Source: an uncultured Planctomycetota bacterium
Lineage (GTDB): Bacteria; Planctomycetota; Planctomycetia; Gemmatales; Gemmataceae
DNA: 64,000 bases
Reading direction: 5' to 3'
Assembly (NCBI GenBank): GCA_963849325.1
Contig: CAWKHF010000008.1
Span: 64,001-128,000 of the forward strand
Position 1 is the first letter of the stretch. Each line of letters begins with the position of its first letter. Shown here piece after piece: positions 11,268 through 21,961 of this stretch. Under the pieces are notes generated by a model. The model was not told the origin of the DNA and ran no database searches. It saw only the letters and a program-made list of their open reading frames with translations. The position numbers were made by a program, and so were the translations under genes.

Positions 11268-11655
11268 CATCAACATTCAAGGCCACCTACGGGTTTTGCT
11301 CGCAATTCTGCAAAGAGATGACTGGCAGGAGTTCTGGAACGATCTCAACTTGGCCTTCCTGAAATTCCAAGACGTTGGCCTGTCGCCGCAAGCCACCGAT
11401 GCGGTCATTTGGCAAATGTGCCAGCAGCGGGACATGGTTCTGCTGACCGCGAATCGGAACCAGGCCGGCCCCGATTCGCTGGAAGCGACCCTGCGCACCC
11501 AGAATACAGCGAGCAGTTTGCCCGTCTTCACGATCGCCAACGCGCGGAGGGTGCTTACCAGCCGCGACTACGCGGAGCGCGTGGCGGCGCAGCTGCTCGA
11601 TTACCTGCAAGACATCGACCGCGTTCGCGGCACCGGACGATTGTACCTGCCCTGA
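11248..11655 (+). CDS. DUF5615/PIN-like protein (putative toxin)
   Basis: ILGDINI, GLSPQATDAVIW, VLLTANR; overlaps the DUF433 gene. Confidence 0.75.
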   Translation: MKAILGDINIQGHLRVLLAILQRDDWQEFWNDLNLAFLKFQDVGLSPQATDAVIWQMCQQRDMVLLTANRNQAGPDSLEATLRTQNTASSLPVFTIANARRVLTSRDYAERVAAQLLDYLQDIDRVRGTGRLYLP

Positions 11656-11672
11656 GACCGGCCGCGCGGCAC

Positions 11673-12983
11673 TCACGGATACAGACCGCGGCGCATCTTC
11701 TCCTTGGCGATCTTCTGCACGCCCAGACTCAGCGCCGCCGTGCGCATGCTCAGTTTGCGCTCGCGGGCCAGGTTGCGCACCTGATGGAAGGCGCGCAGCA
11801 TCAGCTGCTTGAGGCGCTGATTGACCTCCTCCTCGGACCACAAGAATTGCTGCATGTCCTGCACCCACTCGAAGTACGACACGGTGACGCCGCCGGCGTT
11901 GCAGAGCACGTCGGGGATGTGATAAATGCCGCTGTCGGCCAGGATGGCGTCGGCCTCCGGCGTCGTCGGGCCGTTGGCGCCCTCGGCGAGGATGCGGCAG
12001 CGCAGTCGGCCGGCGTTGTCGTGGTGGATGACGCGCTCCAGGGCGGCCGGCACCAGCACCGTACACGGCGTCAGCAGCAGGTCCGACGGCGCGATCGGCT
12101 CGGCGCCGGGAAAGTCCTTGAGCTGCTTGCCCTCGGCGACGTGGCGAGTCAGGGCGATGATGTCGAGACCCTTCAAGTTGCGGATCGAGCCGTAGCGATC
12201 GCCGACGGCCAGCACCTTGACGCCGTTCTTGACCAGCTCCTGGCAGGCGACCGAGCCGACGTTGCCGAAGCCCTGGACCACGGCCGTCGTCTCCTCCGGC
12301 CGCAGGTTCAACTCCTTCATCGCCTCCAGGATGCAGTAGACGACGCCGCGGCCGGTCGCCTCGCGGCGGCCGACGCAGCCGCCCAGCTCGACCGGCTTGC
12401 CGGTCACCACCTCCGGGCAGGCATAACCGATTTTCATACTATACGTATCCATGATCCAGGCCATGGTCTGCTCGTCGGTGCCCAGGTCGGGGGCCATCAC
12501 GTCCATGCGCGGGCCGATGACGCTCAGCACTTCCTCGGTGAAGCGCCGCGTCAATCGTTCCGCCTCGCCGCGCGACAGCAGCTCGGGATCGACGCCGACG
12601 CCGCCCTTGGCGCCGCCGAACGGCAGGTTCATGATGCCGCACTTCCACGACATCCACATGGCCAACGCCGCCACCTCGCCCAGATCGACTGAGGGATGAT
12701 AGCGCAGACCGCCCTTGGACGGCCCGCTGGTCAGACTGTGCTGGACGCGGTAGCCGGTGAAGACCTCGGTGCGGCCATCGTCCATGCGCACCGGGATGCT
12801 GACGACCAGGGCGCGCTTGGGCAGGCCCATGCGGCCGAGCACGCCCTTGTCGATGTCGATGACCTCGGCCACCGCGTCGAGCTGGCGGCAGGCCATTTGA
12901 AACGTCGGCGAATTCTCGAAGACCGAGTGGGGCGTATGGGGATGGTCGTGGTGATTGACGGAAGAGAGAACGACAGACGACAT
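11673..12983 (-). CDS. gdhA: Glu/Leu/Phe/Val dehydrogenase (glutamate dehydrogenase)
   Basis: KGGLRYHP, FGGAKGG, APDLGT, ATGRGV, QGFGNVG, EGANGPTT, NAGGVTVSYFEW. Confidence 0.93.
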   Translation of the reverse strand: MSSVVLSSVNHHDHPHTPHSVFENSPTFQMACRQLDAVAEVIDIDKGVLGRMGLPKRALVVSIPVRMDDGRTEVFTGYRVQHSLTSGPSKGGLRYHPSVDLGEVAALAMWMSWKCGIMNLPFGGAKGGVGVDPELLSRGEAERLTRRFTEEVLSVIGPRMDVMAPDLGTDEQTMAWIMDTYSMKIGYACPEVVTGKPVELGGCVGRREATGRGVVYCILEAMKELNLRPEETTAVVQGFGNVGSVACQELVKNGVKVLAVGDRYGSIRNLKGLDIIALTRHVAEGKQLKDFPGAEPIAPSDLLLTPCTVLVPAALERVIHHDNAGRLRCRILAEGANGPTTPEADAILADSGIYHIPDVLCNAGGVTVSYFEWVQDMQQFLWSEEEVNQRLKQLMLRAFHQVRNLARERKLSMRTAALSLGVQKIAKEKMRRGLYP

Positions 12984-13144
12984 GCAGCCTCCCTTGGCAA
13001 CGGGGTGCGCCGGGGCGGCGGCGCGATGACAAGGCCTCTGTCTTTATCCTAGCTCAGCCCGACGGAAAGGAAAACGGCCCTGAAAAAGTGGGATGCGGGC
13101 CGATGGTCGCGGTCTCTAATTCCCTGGAGCGGTCGTCATCCGCA

Positions 13145-13201
13145 TCCGAGCCTGAAGCGTAAGCGAAGCGTGTCATTCTTCGCTTACGCTTCAGGCTCGG
13201 A
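13145..13201. repeat. REP-like palindrome, family B (copy 1)
   Basis: tccgagcctgaagcgtaagcgaag ... cttcgcttacgcttcaggctcgga. Confidence 0.9.
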
Positions 13202-13312
13202 CGAGTTTTGCCCGGCGTTCCGCGGATGAGGATTCCCCGTCTCTTTCGATCCTTCACGGATCGGAATAGACACCTATCGGGTCCGTGTCAACCTTCCCCA
13301 AGGAGTTTCATC

Positions 13313-14851
13313 ATGATCTCATGGTTTCGCCGCTCGCGGCGAGCGGTCCTCGGTCAACGCCTTCCTCGTCGGATTTCGTGTCCTCTGACGCTGGAATGCC
13401 TGGAGCGGCGCGATCTGCCCGACGCCGGCATGGCCGGTTTCGTGGTCAGCAATCTCGCTTCGGACCTGCCCAACGTCGCCGCCCAGATGAACGCCCAGCT
13501 CATCAACCCCTGGGGCTTCGCCGAGACGCCGCAAGGGCAGTTTCAGGTCGCGGCCAACGGCAGCGGCGTCTCGCTGCGGCTGGACGCCCAGGGCAACATG
13601 ATCGGCCAGCCGGTCGTCCTACCGCCGCCGGCCGGCAGCGCCGCCGGCGCCACCACCACGCCCAACGGCATCTTTCTGAACGACACCCCGGACTTCGTCA
13701 TCACCGAGAACGGCCAGAGCGCCCCGGCCACCTTCCTCGCTTCCACCGAGGACGGCACCATCGTCGCCTTCAACCCGCAGCTGGACCCCACGCACGCCGT
13801 CGTCTTCGCTGACCAATCCGGCAGCGGCGCGGTCTACAAGCTGCTGGCCGAGGCTCCCAATGCGATGGGCAATTTCCTATTCGCCACCAACTTCCACAAC
13901 GGTACGGTGGACGTCTTCGACAAGACCGGCCAGAAAGTGACGCTGGGCCAGAACGGCTGGGGCACCTTCACCGACCCCAACGCTCCGGCCGGCTTCGCGC
14001 CGTTCGGCATCAAGGAAATCAACGGCATGCTGTTCGTCAGCTATGCCAAGCAGGACGTGGCGGGGGCCGGACACGACGACGTGGCCGGGGCGGGCAACGG
14101 CTTCATCGACACCTTCGACACGACCGGCCACTTCCTCGGCCGCTTCGCCTCGGGCAGCGCCGCCGGCGGCATGGCCCCGCTCAACTCGCCGATCGGCATG
14201 GCGGTGGCGCCGGCCGGCTTCGGTCCCAACGGCCAGTTCGGCGGTGCCCTCCTCGTCGGCAACTTCGGCGACAGTCACGTCAGCGCCTTCGACCTGAAGA
14301 CTGGCCAGTTCCTCGGCCAATTGTCCGACGCCCAGGGCAATCCCTTGACGCTCAACGGCGGCGTCGGCGGCAGCGGCACCAAGGGCCTATGGGGCATCGG
14401 CTTCGGCAACGGCCAGGGCGGCACCGACCCCAACACCCTCTATTTCGCTGCCGGCGTCAACGCCGAAGCGGACGGCCTGTTCGGCGCCGTGAAACTGGTC
14501 GGCGGCAACAATGGCAACGGCAACGGCGGAGGCAACGGCGGCAACGGCGGCAACGGAGGCAACGGCAATCCAGGGCAGAATAACGGCGGTGGGACGCCGG
14601 CCGTCAACCCGGTGCAGGTGCTCATCGACAAGGTGGTCACGGATTTCGTCCAGGTCGAACAGCAGTTCCTTCAGATGGCCATCGCCAACGCCTCGGGAAT
14701 GAATCCGCAGGCAATGGCCAGCGCGACCATCGCCTTCGACCAGGCCGTGGTACAGTTCTTCTCCGACGAAGTCTCGCTGGTGCTGACCCTGGACCAACAG
14801 TTCATCAATCAGTTCTTCAGCAATAGGAGCACCGCCATGGGGACCATGTGA
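13313..14851 (+). CDS. TIGR03118-family secreted protein with LEPR-XLL-like N-terminus
   Basis: LTLECLERRDLP; LINPWG, STEDGTI, FAPFGI, LLVGNFGD, GLWGIGFG, LYFAAG..E.DGLFG; Gly/Asn linker and extra helical tail. Confidence 0.85.
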   Translation: MISWFRRSRRAVLGQRLPRRISCPLTLECLERRDLPDAGMAGFVVSNLASDLPNVAAQMNAQLINPWGFAETPQGQFQVAANGSGVSLRLDAQGNMIGQPVVLPPPAGSAAGATTTPNGIFLNDTPDFVITENGQSAPATFLASTEDGTIVAFNPQLDPTHAVVFADQSGSGAVYKLLAEAPNAMGNFLFATNFHNGTVDVFDKTGQKVTLGQNGWGTFTDPNAPAGFAPFGIKEINGMLFVSYAKQDVAGAGHDDVAGAGNGFIDTFDTTGHFLGRFASGSAAGGMAPLNSPIGMAVAPAGFGPNGQFGGALLVGNFGDSHVSAFDLKTGQFLGQLSDAQGNPLTLNGGVGGSGTKGLWGIGFGNGQGGTDPNTLYFAAGVNAEADGLFGAVKLVGGNNGNGNGGGNGGNGGNGGNGNPGQNNGGGTPAVNPVQVLIDKVVTDFVQVEQQFLQMAIANASGMNPQAMASATIAFDQAVVQFFSDEVSLVLTLDQQFINQFFSNRSTAMGTM

Positions 14852-14910
14852 GGTCATCATGGCGTGGATTCGAGTCAGAAACCCGTTTGCTCGATAGCGG
14901 AGTTTAGAAG

Positions 14911-15076
14911 AAATTGAAAAGTGAAAAACAAAAAGTAAAAATTGAAAAATGACGAGGACGTGAGTGGCAGCCACTCGAGGTTAACGTCACTTTTCATTTT
15001 TCGCTTTTCATTTTTCACTTTTCACTTTTCACTTTTCACTTTTCACTTTTCACTTTTCATTTTTCACTTTTCATTT
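14911..15076. repeat. Heptamer (TTTTCAC/GTGAAAA) tandem repeats in inverted arrangement
   Basis: aattgaaaagtgaaaa... arm and a (ttttcac)n arm between convergent genes. Confidence 0.88.
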
Positions 15077-15553
15077 AGGAAGCCGGCACGGCTGGTTGGG
15101 TGAGCGCGGGTGAGGTCAGGTCGGCCGCCGCCGGCGTCCGAACCGTGAGGACGGGGCAAGGGGCCTTGCGCAGCACTGCCTCGGCCACGCTGCCCAGCAG
15201 CAGCCGGGCCAGCGCCGTCCGTCCGTGCGTGCCCATGACGATCAGGTCGCTGTGCATCTCGCCGGCCGGCGCAGGATCATGTCCACCGGATCGCCCTCCA
15301 TCACCTGCGATTCGATGCGGACGTGATGGGCCTGGCCTTCCAGCTGCCGGAGCTTGGCCAGGACCTCGTCGCGCGCCGGACCCGGATCGGACGCCATCGG
15401 CCCACCGCCGTAGACGAGCATCGGCGGCGGCAGGACGTGCAGCATCAGTAGGCGAGCGCCGTAGTCGCGCGCGACGGCGCAAGACAGGCGAAAGGCGAAC
15501 TCCGAATGTTCGGAGAAATCCGTCGGATGCAAGATCGCGCCGATCGATAACAC
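15075..15553 (-). CDS. Universal stress protein (frameshift ~15265)
   Basis: [22 protein letters not shown]...[20 protein letters not shown]. Confidence 0.9.
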
Positions 15554-15676
15554 GACAGCCTCCCCTTCCGCGGTAAAAAGGGTCTTACGGCAGGCGGTCC
15601 TCCGCGGAGTCTCTCCATTTCCGCAGCGCTTCCGAGTTTGTCAAGCAGGAGAGGCGGGATTTTTGCCCACAAGCCC

Positions 15677-15715
15677 GGAGCGTCGGCGACGGGCGGCGCC
15701 CGTCGCCGACGCTCC
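15677..15715. repeat. REP-like hairpin
   Basis: ggagcgtcggcgacgggc-ggc-gcccgtcgccgacgctcc. Confidence 0.8.
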
Positions 15716-15796
15716 CATGTTTGGGTTTGGAAACGAGAGGGCCGGTCTTTCTCCGCGATTTCTCATTTATTAGTATTTTCTAATTGACATTTCCAT

Positions 15797-15825
15797 TTGC
15801 CCTCTTCAAGAAATCCGCGTACATT
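15797..15825 (+). promoter_or_regulatory. Putative sigma-70 promoter for the DUF1559 gene
   Basis: TTGCCC-17 nt-TACATT in an AT-rich region. Confidence 0.3.
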
Positions 15826-15974
15826 GAATCCTAATACAACCGTCCTCAAAGAAGGTGGATGGCGAAAGGGAGGTCTCTCGTCTCGGCTCAATGACCCGTT
15901 GCGGGATTCTCACATCTCACCTCGGAAAGAATTAATGGATCGTTTTTGTAAGTCCTCTCCAAAGGAGTCTCGGG

Positions 15975-16826
15975 ATGTTTCAAGTGACTATTAGAAATCG
16001 TTCGCGTGCGTTCACGCTGATCGAGTTGTTGGTGGTGATCGCCATCATCGCCATCCTCATCGGTTTGCTGCTGCCCGCCGTGCAGAAGGTCCGCCAGGCC
16101 GCCGCACGCTCTCAGACCTTCAACAACCTCAAGCAGTTGGGCCTGGGCATGCAGAACCACCACGATACGATCAACTGCCTGCCCGATCCGGGAGCCCCAC
16201 GATTTGCCCAACGGCTCGCAATTCTCGGGAATGCAGCAGCGAGGGCCGTGGACCTACCAGATCCTTCCCTTCATCGAGCAGCAGGCCCTCTACAATCTCC
16301 CGGCGTGGAACGGCACTGCCGCCACGTCGGTAGCCAATCCCGTACCCGGCATCCCGGTCAAGGTCTTCATGGATCCCGGTCGGGGCCGCGCCATGTTGGA
16401 CCAGTCGTTCAACTCCGCCCTCACCGACTTCGCTCTCAACACCAATCCGTTCGGTACGACGAATTATGCCCTCTTCGAGGGGAAGGCCATGCGCACCTTG
16501 TTGTCCATCTCGGACGGGACGTCGAACACCGTCTTCGTCGGCGAGAAAGCGCTGGCCACCGGCCGTTACAACAACGGCACCGGCTTGAATGACGACGATC
16601 CCGCCTTTACGGGGAAAACCGGTTGCTTGCGTGCCACTTTCAATCTTTACCAGGATCCCTCCGGGGCAGGCACCGTCGCGGATTGGGGCTCGCCGTACCC
16701 CGGCGCGCGCCGTTCTGCATGTACGACGGCAGCGTCCGCATGATCAACTATAGCGCCACGGGCACGTCGCCGCTCTTTGGCGCCCTGCTCACCTCCAACG
16801 CAGGCGACATCTATACCGGGCCATGA
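15975..16826 (+). CDS. DUF1559 prepilin-type N-terminal cleavage/methylation protein (frameshifts ~16200, ~16705)
   Basis: [55 protein letters not shown]...GEK, DGSVR. Confidence 0.92.
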
Positions 16827-16920
16827 TCTTACCATTTTCTCGATTACCTAGCGGGGCGGCGCCGACGTTGTTACGCACGGCCCCGGATCGGACACCATCG
16901 GCCCGCAGCCAAAACGATTT

Positions 16921-16998
16921 CCTCCGAGCCTGAAGCGTAAGCGAAGAGAACGACAACCAAAGGTTGTCGTTCCTTCGCTTACGCTTCAGGCTCGGAGG
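16921..16998. repeat. REP-like palindrome, family B (copy 2)
   Basis: Same arms as 13145..13201, with an inner gaacgacaacc/ggttgtcgttc hairpin. Confidence 0.9.
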
Positions 16999-18567
16999 AG
17001 CGCAAACGTACACGTCGCCGGCTCGGCGGCGTTGACGAATTGGGCTCGCCCGTTCGCGGCCAGATGTTCGAGCACCAGGTAGATCGTCTCCGCCGAATCG
17101 GCGGCGCCGATGTCTCGGGCAATCTGCTCGGCCGTCCGCGGCGTCGCCGACAGGGCGTTGACAATCTTCGCTTGCAGCTCCAGCACGGCGGCGGCGGCCT
17201 TCTTGCCGGCCTCGACGCCCGGCTGGTGGTAGGCGTTGACGTTGACCAGGCTGCCGTAAAATCCCACCGCCCGCTCGAACAGGGCGATCAGCACGCCAAT
17301 CGTGCGCGGCGTCCACGCGCCGCACCGTGATCGTCACCGACTGGCGCTCGTTCTCGAACAGCGCCGCGCGGGTGCCGAGCAGAAAGCCGTGCAGATAATC
17401 GCCGGCGCCGACGCCCGGCTGCACCTCGACCTTGGCCCCGCCCGACTCCAGCACGCGAAGGAACGTCACGAAGAAATTGTTCACGCCGTCGCGCAGCTGC
17501 TGGACATACGCATGTTGGTCCGTTGATCCTTTGTTGCCGAACACGTTGATGCCCTGATCGACGCGCTGGCCGTCGAGGTCGAGCCGTTTGCCGAGCGACT
17601 CCATCACCAGCTGTTGCAGGTAACGGCTAAAGAGAAGTAGACGATCCTTATAGGGCAAAACGACCATGTCCTTCTGTCCCTTGCCGCCGGTGGCGTGATA
17701 CCACATCAGCGCCAAGCAGCGCCGCGGGGTTGCGGCGCGTGTCGTGCCGGCGCGTCACCTCGTCGCAGGCGGCGGCGCCGGCCAGCATGGCCTCGACATC
17801 GATTCCTTGCAGGGCGCCGGGGACCAGGCCGACCGCCGACATTTCGCTGGTCCGGCCGCCGACCCAGTCGAACATCGGAAAGCGCCGCAGCCATTTTTCG
17901 CCGACGGCTTGCTTGTCCAGGTGCGAGCCGGGCATGGTAACGGCGACCGCCTGCGGAGCGAAGACGAGTCCGGCCGCCTTGTAGGCGGCGGCGGTGACGA
18001 CCATGCCGTTGTGCGGCTCCGGCGTGCCGCCGCTCTTGGACATGACCAGGCACAGCGTCTCGCCGAGCTTGCCCTCCAGCACCGACAGCGTGCGCGCGAT
18101 GCCGTCGGGATCGGTGTTGTCGATGAAGTGCATCTGCATGCGATCGCGGCCGGGCTGGCCCAGGGCGTCGGCGACGAACTCCGGTCCCAGCGCCGAGCCG
18201 CCGATGCCGATGGACAGCACCTGCGTGAACCTCGCGGCACGCGGCGGCTTGATCTTGCCGGCGTGGACGTCGGCCGCGAACGACTTGATGCTCGCCACGC
18301 TGTCGCGGATCTCTTTGGTGATCTCCGGCTTCGGTGCGCAGCTCCGGGCGCGCAGCCAATAATGGCCGACCATGCGGTTTTCGTCGGGGTTGGCGATGGC
18401 CCCTTTTTCCAGGGCGTCCATCGCGTCATAGGCCCGCCGCATCGCCGGCTCCATGCGCTCAAGGAAACCGTCCTCGAAGTGCATGCGGCTGATGTCCAGT
18501 GTCAGGTCAATCGTCGGGCGCTGCAAAGATACTGCTGATAACGTTTCCACAAGTCCGCTGCGTTCAT
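16986..18567 (-). CDS. pgi: Glucose-6-phosphate isomerase (several frameshifts)
   Basis: [65 protein letters not shown]. Confidence 0.93.
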
Positions 18568-18588
18568 CGCTTCTATCTCCAAAAGAAG

Positions 18589-18685
18589 AAGAGTTAACCA
18601 CGAATCACACGAATCACACGAATAATGAATACAATGTCTTTTTTGTATTTATTCGTGTGATTCGTGTGATTCGTGGTTAACTCTT
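18589..18685. repeat. 9-nt-periodic inverted-repeat element
   Basis: Perfect 36-bp arms aagagttaaccacgaatcacacgaatcacacgaata and its reverse complement. Confidence 0.92.
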
Positions 18686-20332
18686 ATTATTGAGGGCGAG
18701 GCCGACGATGTGCCGGGCCTCCTCGACGATCGCTTGCAGATGCTTGTCGTCGCGGAAGCTCTCGGCGTAGATCTTGTAAATGTTCTCGGTGCCCGACGGC
18801 CGGGCCGCGAACCAGCCGCTGGCCGACACCACCTTCAAGCCGCCGATGGCCGCGTCGATTGCCCGGCGCTTGCGTCAGCTTGGCCGTGATCGGCTCGCCG
18901 GCCAGCGTCGTCGCCGTCACCATCTCCGGCGACAGCTTTTTCAGCACCGCCTTCTGTTCCGGGCTGGCCGGCGCGTCGATGCGCGTGTAGCAGGGCGAAC
19001 CGAAGCGGCGCGTCAATTCCTGGTAGTGCTCGCCGGGATCCTTGCCGGTGCGCGCGGTGATCTCCGCGGCCAGCAGGTCCATGATCGGGCCGTCCTTGTC
19101 CGTCGTCCAGACGCTGCCGTCTCGGCGCAGGAAGCTCGCTCCCGCGCTCTCCTCGCCGCCGAAGCAGATCGAGCCGTCGAACAGCCCCGGCGCGAACCAC
19201 TTGAAGCCGACCGGCACCTCCGCACAGCGTGCGGCTCGAGGTCGCGCGACCACGCGGTCGATCATGCTGCTGCTGACCAGCGTCTTGCCGACCGCCGCCG
19301 TCGTCGGCCAGTGCGGCCGGTGCGTCAGCAGATAGCGGATCGCCACCGCCAGGTAGTGGTTCGGGTTCATCAGCCCCGCCGACGGCGTGACGATGCCGTG
19401 CCGGTCGGCATCCGGGTCGTTGCCGAAGGCGACGCGATACTGGTCCTTCAGCTCGACCAGCTTCGCCATCGCGTAGGGGCTGGAGCAATCCATGCGAATC
19501 TTGCCGTCGTGATCGACCGTCATGAAGGCGAAGCGCGGATCGATCCCAGGATTGACAACCGTAATATCCAGACCGTAAATGTCCTTGATGGGCTGCCAGT
19601 AATGCACGGAGGCGCCGCCGAGCGGATCGACGCCGAGCTTCAGCCCCGCCGAGCGGATTGCCTCCATGTCGATGACGCTGGCCAGGTCCTTGACGTAGGG
19701 CAGGACGTAATCGTCTTCATGGGTCGTGCTCGCCTTGAGGGCGGCTTCATAGGGGATGCGTTTCACGTCCTTGTTATCGGCGCGAAGCAGGGCGTTGGCG
19801 CGGTCCTGGATCGCGGGCGGTGACGTCGGTGTCGGCGGGTCCGCCGTTGGGCGGATTGTACTTGAAGCCGCCGTCCTCCGGCGGATTGTGCGACGGCGTG
19901 ATGACAATGCCGTCGCCGAGGTGGTCGCGGCGATGGCGATTGTACATGAGGATGGCGTGCGAGATGACCGGCGTCGGTGTCACGCCGTCGTCGCGCTGCA
20001 GGACGGTCTCGACGCCGTTGGCGGCCAGCACTTCCAGGGCGGTGCGCTGGGCCGGGCCGGAGACGGCGTGCGTGTCCTTGCCCAGAAACAGCGGACCATC
20101 GATGCCCTGGTCGCGGCGGTACTCGCACAGCGCCTGCGTGATGGCGAGGATGTGCGCCTCGGTGAAGGTGCTGTCCAGGGGTGTACCGCGGTGGCCGCTG
20201 GTGCCGAAGCTGACCAGCTGCGCCGGGTCGCTCACGTCCGGCCGGCGCTCGATAGTAGTCGCGTTCGAGACGGGCCACGTCGATCAGTAGGTCGGCGGGA
20301 GCGGGTTTGCCTGCCAGTGGATGAAGCGTCAT
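18677..20332 (-). CDS. pgm: Phosphoglucomutase, alpha-D-glucose-phosphate specific (several frameshifts)
   Basis: [50 protein letters not shown]. Confidence 0.93.
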
Positions 20333-20361
20333 GTACGGTTCCTCTCCCAGCCGCCAGGCCC

Positions 20362-20685
20362 TCAATGCCCGGCGGTCAACTTCAGGCCGATGATACCGAT
20401 GAGGACCAGGGCGATGCACGCCAGCCGAAGGAAGGTCGCCGGCTCGGAGAACAGGACAATGCCCAGGATGGTCGTGCCGACGGCCCCGATGCCTGTCCAC
20501 ACGGCGTAAGCCGTGCCGATCGGCAGAGTGTCCACGGCCAGCACGAGAAAGTACGAACTCACCATCACGGCCAGCACCGTGAAGACGCTGGGCCAAAGCT
20601 TCGTGAAGCCGTCGGCGTACTTCAATCCGATCGCCCAGCCGATCTCGAACAATCCGGCAATCAGCAGGTACAGCCATGCCCTCAT
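20362..20685 (-). CDS. sugE: SMR family transporter, SugE/Gdx type
   Basis: AWLYLLIAGLFEIGWAIGLKY, LPIGTAYAVWTGIGAVGT, GIIGLKL. Confidence 0.88.
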   Translation of the reverse strand: MRAWLYLLIAGLFEIGWAIGLKYADGFTKLWPSVFTVLAVMVSSYFLVLAVDTLPIGTAYAVWTGIGAVGTTILGIVLFSEPATFLRLACIALVLIGIIGLKLTAGH

Positions 20686-20698
20686 CGCGGCTCCGGGA

Positions 20699-21291
20699 TC
20701 AATGTACGTGGCGGTCGTCATTCCACAGACGCAGGACCGGCTCGTCGAGGTTGTGTTCGTAGCCGAGGATGCTGAGCGAGGCGGTGGTCAGCAACAGCAA
20801 GCGCGCGTCCGGCACGGGCAGGCCGAGCCAGCGCGCCCCAGGACGCGCAGGAAATGTCCGTGCGAAAATAGCAGCACGTCGCCACCGACGCCGCGCAGCC
20901 GGGCGATGACACGGTCGGCTCGTGCGCCAACGGCGTCCAGCGATTCGCCGCCAGGGCAGCCATCGCGGAACAGATACCAGCCGGGACGCTCCTTGCGGAT
21001 GTCGGCAGTGCGCTTTCCCTCGTATTCACCGTAATCCCACTCGACCAACTCGGCGTCGGTTTCGGCCCGCGCACCGAAGCCGGCCAGCTCGCACGTCCGC
21101 TTCGCCCGCTGCAACGGACTGGTCAGCACCTTGGCGAAGTGCGTGCCCTTGAGGCGCTCGCCGAGGTTGCGGGCGTTGCGCTCGCCGCGCTCGGTCAGCG
21201 GGATGTCGGTGCGGCCGGTGTGCTGGCCCGACAGCGACCACTCCGTTTCGCCGTGGCGAGCGAGGTAGATTTTCGGGAATTTATCGCTCAT
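20699..21291 (-). CDS. Histidine phosphatase family protein (frameshift ~20835)
   Basis: LARHGETEWS, TSPLQRA, EWDYGEYEG, FSHGHFLR; C-terminus LGYEHNLDEPVLRLWND. Confidence 0.9.
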
Positions 21292-21322
21292 GGTTTGACC
21301 TCCGATGCTAAGAAGCTCTAAT

Positions 21323-21443
21323 CCAAAGAGCCTCACGCAAAGGCGCAAAGGGCGCAAAGAAATACAAAAAATAAGTGCCAGTCGCTTTGATCTTCTTCTC
21401 TTTTCCTTTGCGCCCTTTTGCGCCTTTGCGTGAGGCTCTTTGG
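21323..21443. repeat. 9-nt-periodic inverted-repeat element
   Basis: ccaaagagcctcacgcaaaggcgcaaagggcgcaaag ... ctttgcgcccttttgcgcctttgcgtgaggctctttgg. Confidence 0.9.
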
Positions 21444-21474
21444 TTGAGAGGCTCCAAGCCGCAAGCGGTCCGTC

Positions 21475-21740
21475 TTACGCCCCCTTCTCAACGTGCATGG
21501 CGGGGCTCCATTTCCACTCGCGCACCTCGGGCATGTCCTCGCCGTGTTTGTGGACGTACTGTTTGTGCTCGATCCGCTTGTCGCGGATGGCCTGCTTGGC
21601 GTAGGCCGCCCGCGCTCCCAGCGCCGGCACGCGGTCGATCACGTCGCCGCGGCAGGCCATGACGACGTTGGGATCGCCGCCCTGGTCGTTGCTGGCCCAC
21701 TCCCAGATGCCGATGCCGGCCGTGCTCGTCTTCGCGCAGG
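21475..21740 (-). pseudogene. xfp: Phosphoketolase remnant (C-terminal pieces only, internal deletion)
   Basis: GIGIWEWASNDQGGDPNVVMAC.GDV fused directly to IDRVP.LG.RAAYAKQ..RDK.IEHKQY...HGEDMPEVREWKW. Confidence 0.8.
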
Positions 21741-21961
21741 CTGCGAGATGATTGGTCACGACCAGCCGGAATTCTTCGGCCATCGTCGCGCGGTCGATCT
21801 GCTCACCCCGTTTCACCGGCAATTTCAAGACCAGGGCGTTGACGGTGATGTCGTTTCGGATTTCACACGAGAGGACGGTATATCGCAGGTTGTCGCCCTT
21901 GATCCTCATATTCCCCTCGCGCTGGAACAACCTTTCGTTTCGCGGCGATGCCGATATTCCG

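Noticed and set aside
16690-16745. DUF1559 protein with Tyr in place of His in the H-X9-DG motif as a novel subtype
   Set aside because: A single residue next to a frameshift in a highly variable family is too weak to support a claim.
20690-20780. Guanidine riboswitch upstream of sugE
   Set aside because: The hairpin-like sequence is the coding 3' end of the histidine phosphatase.
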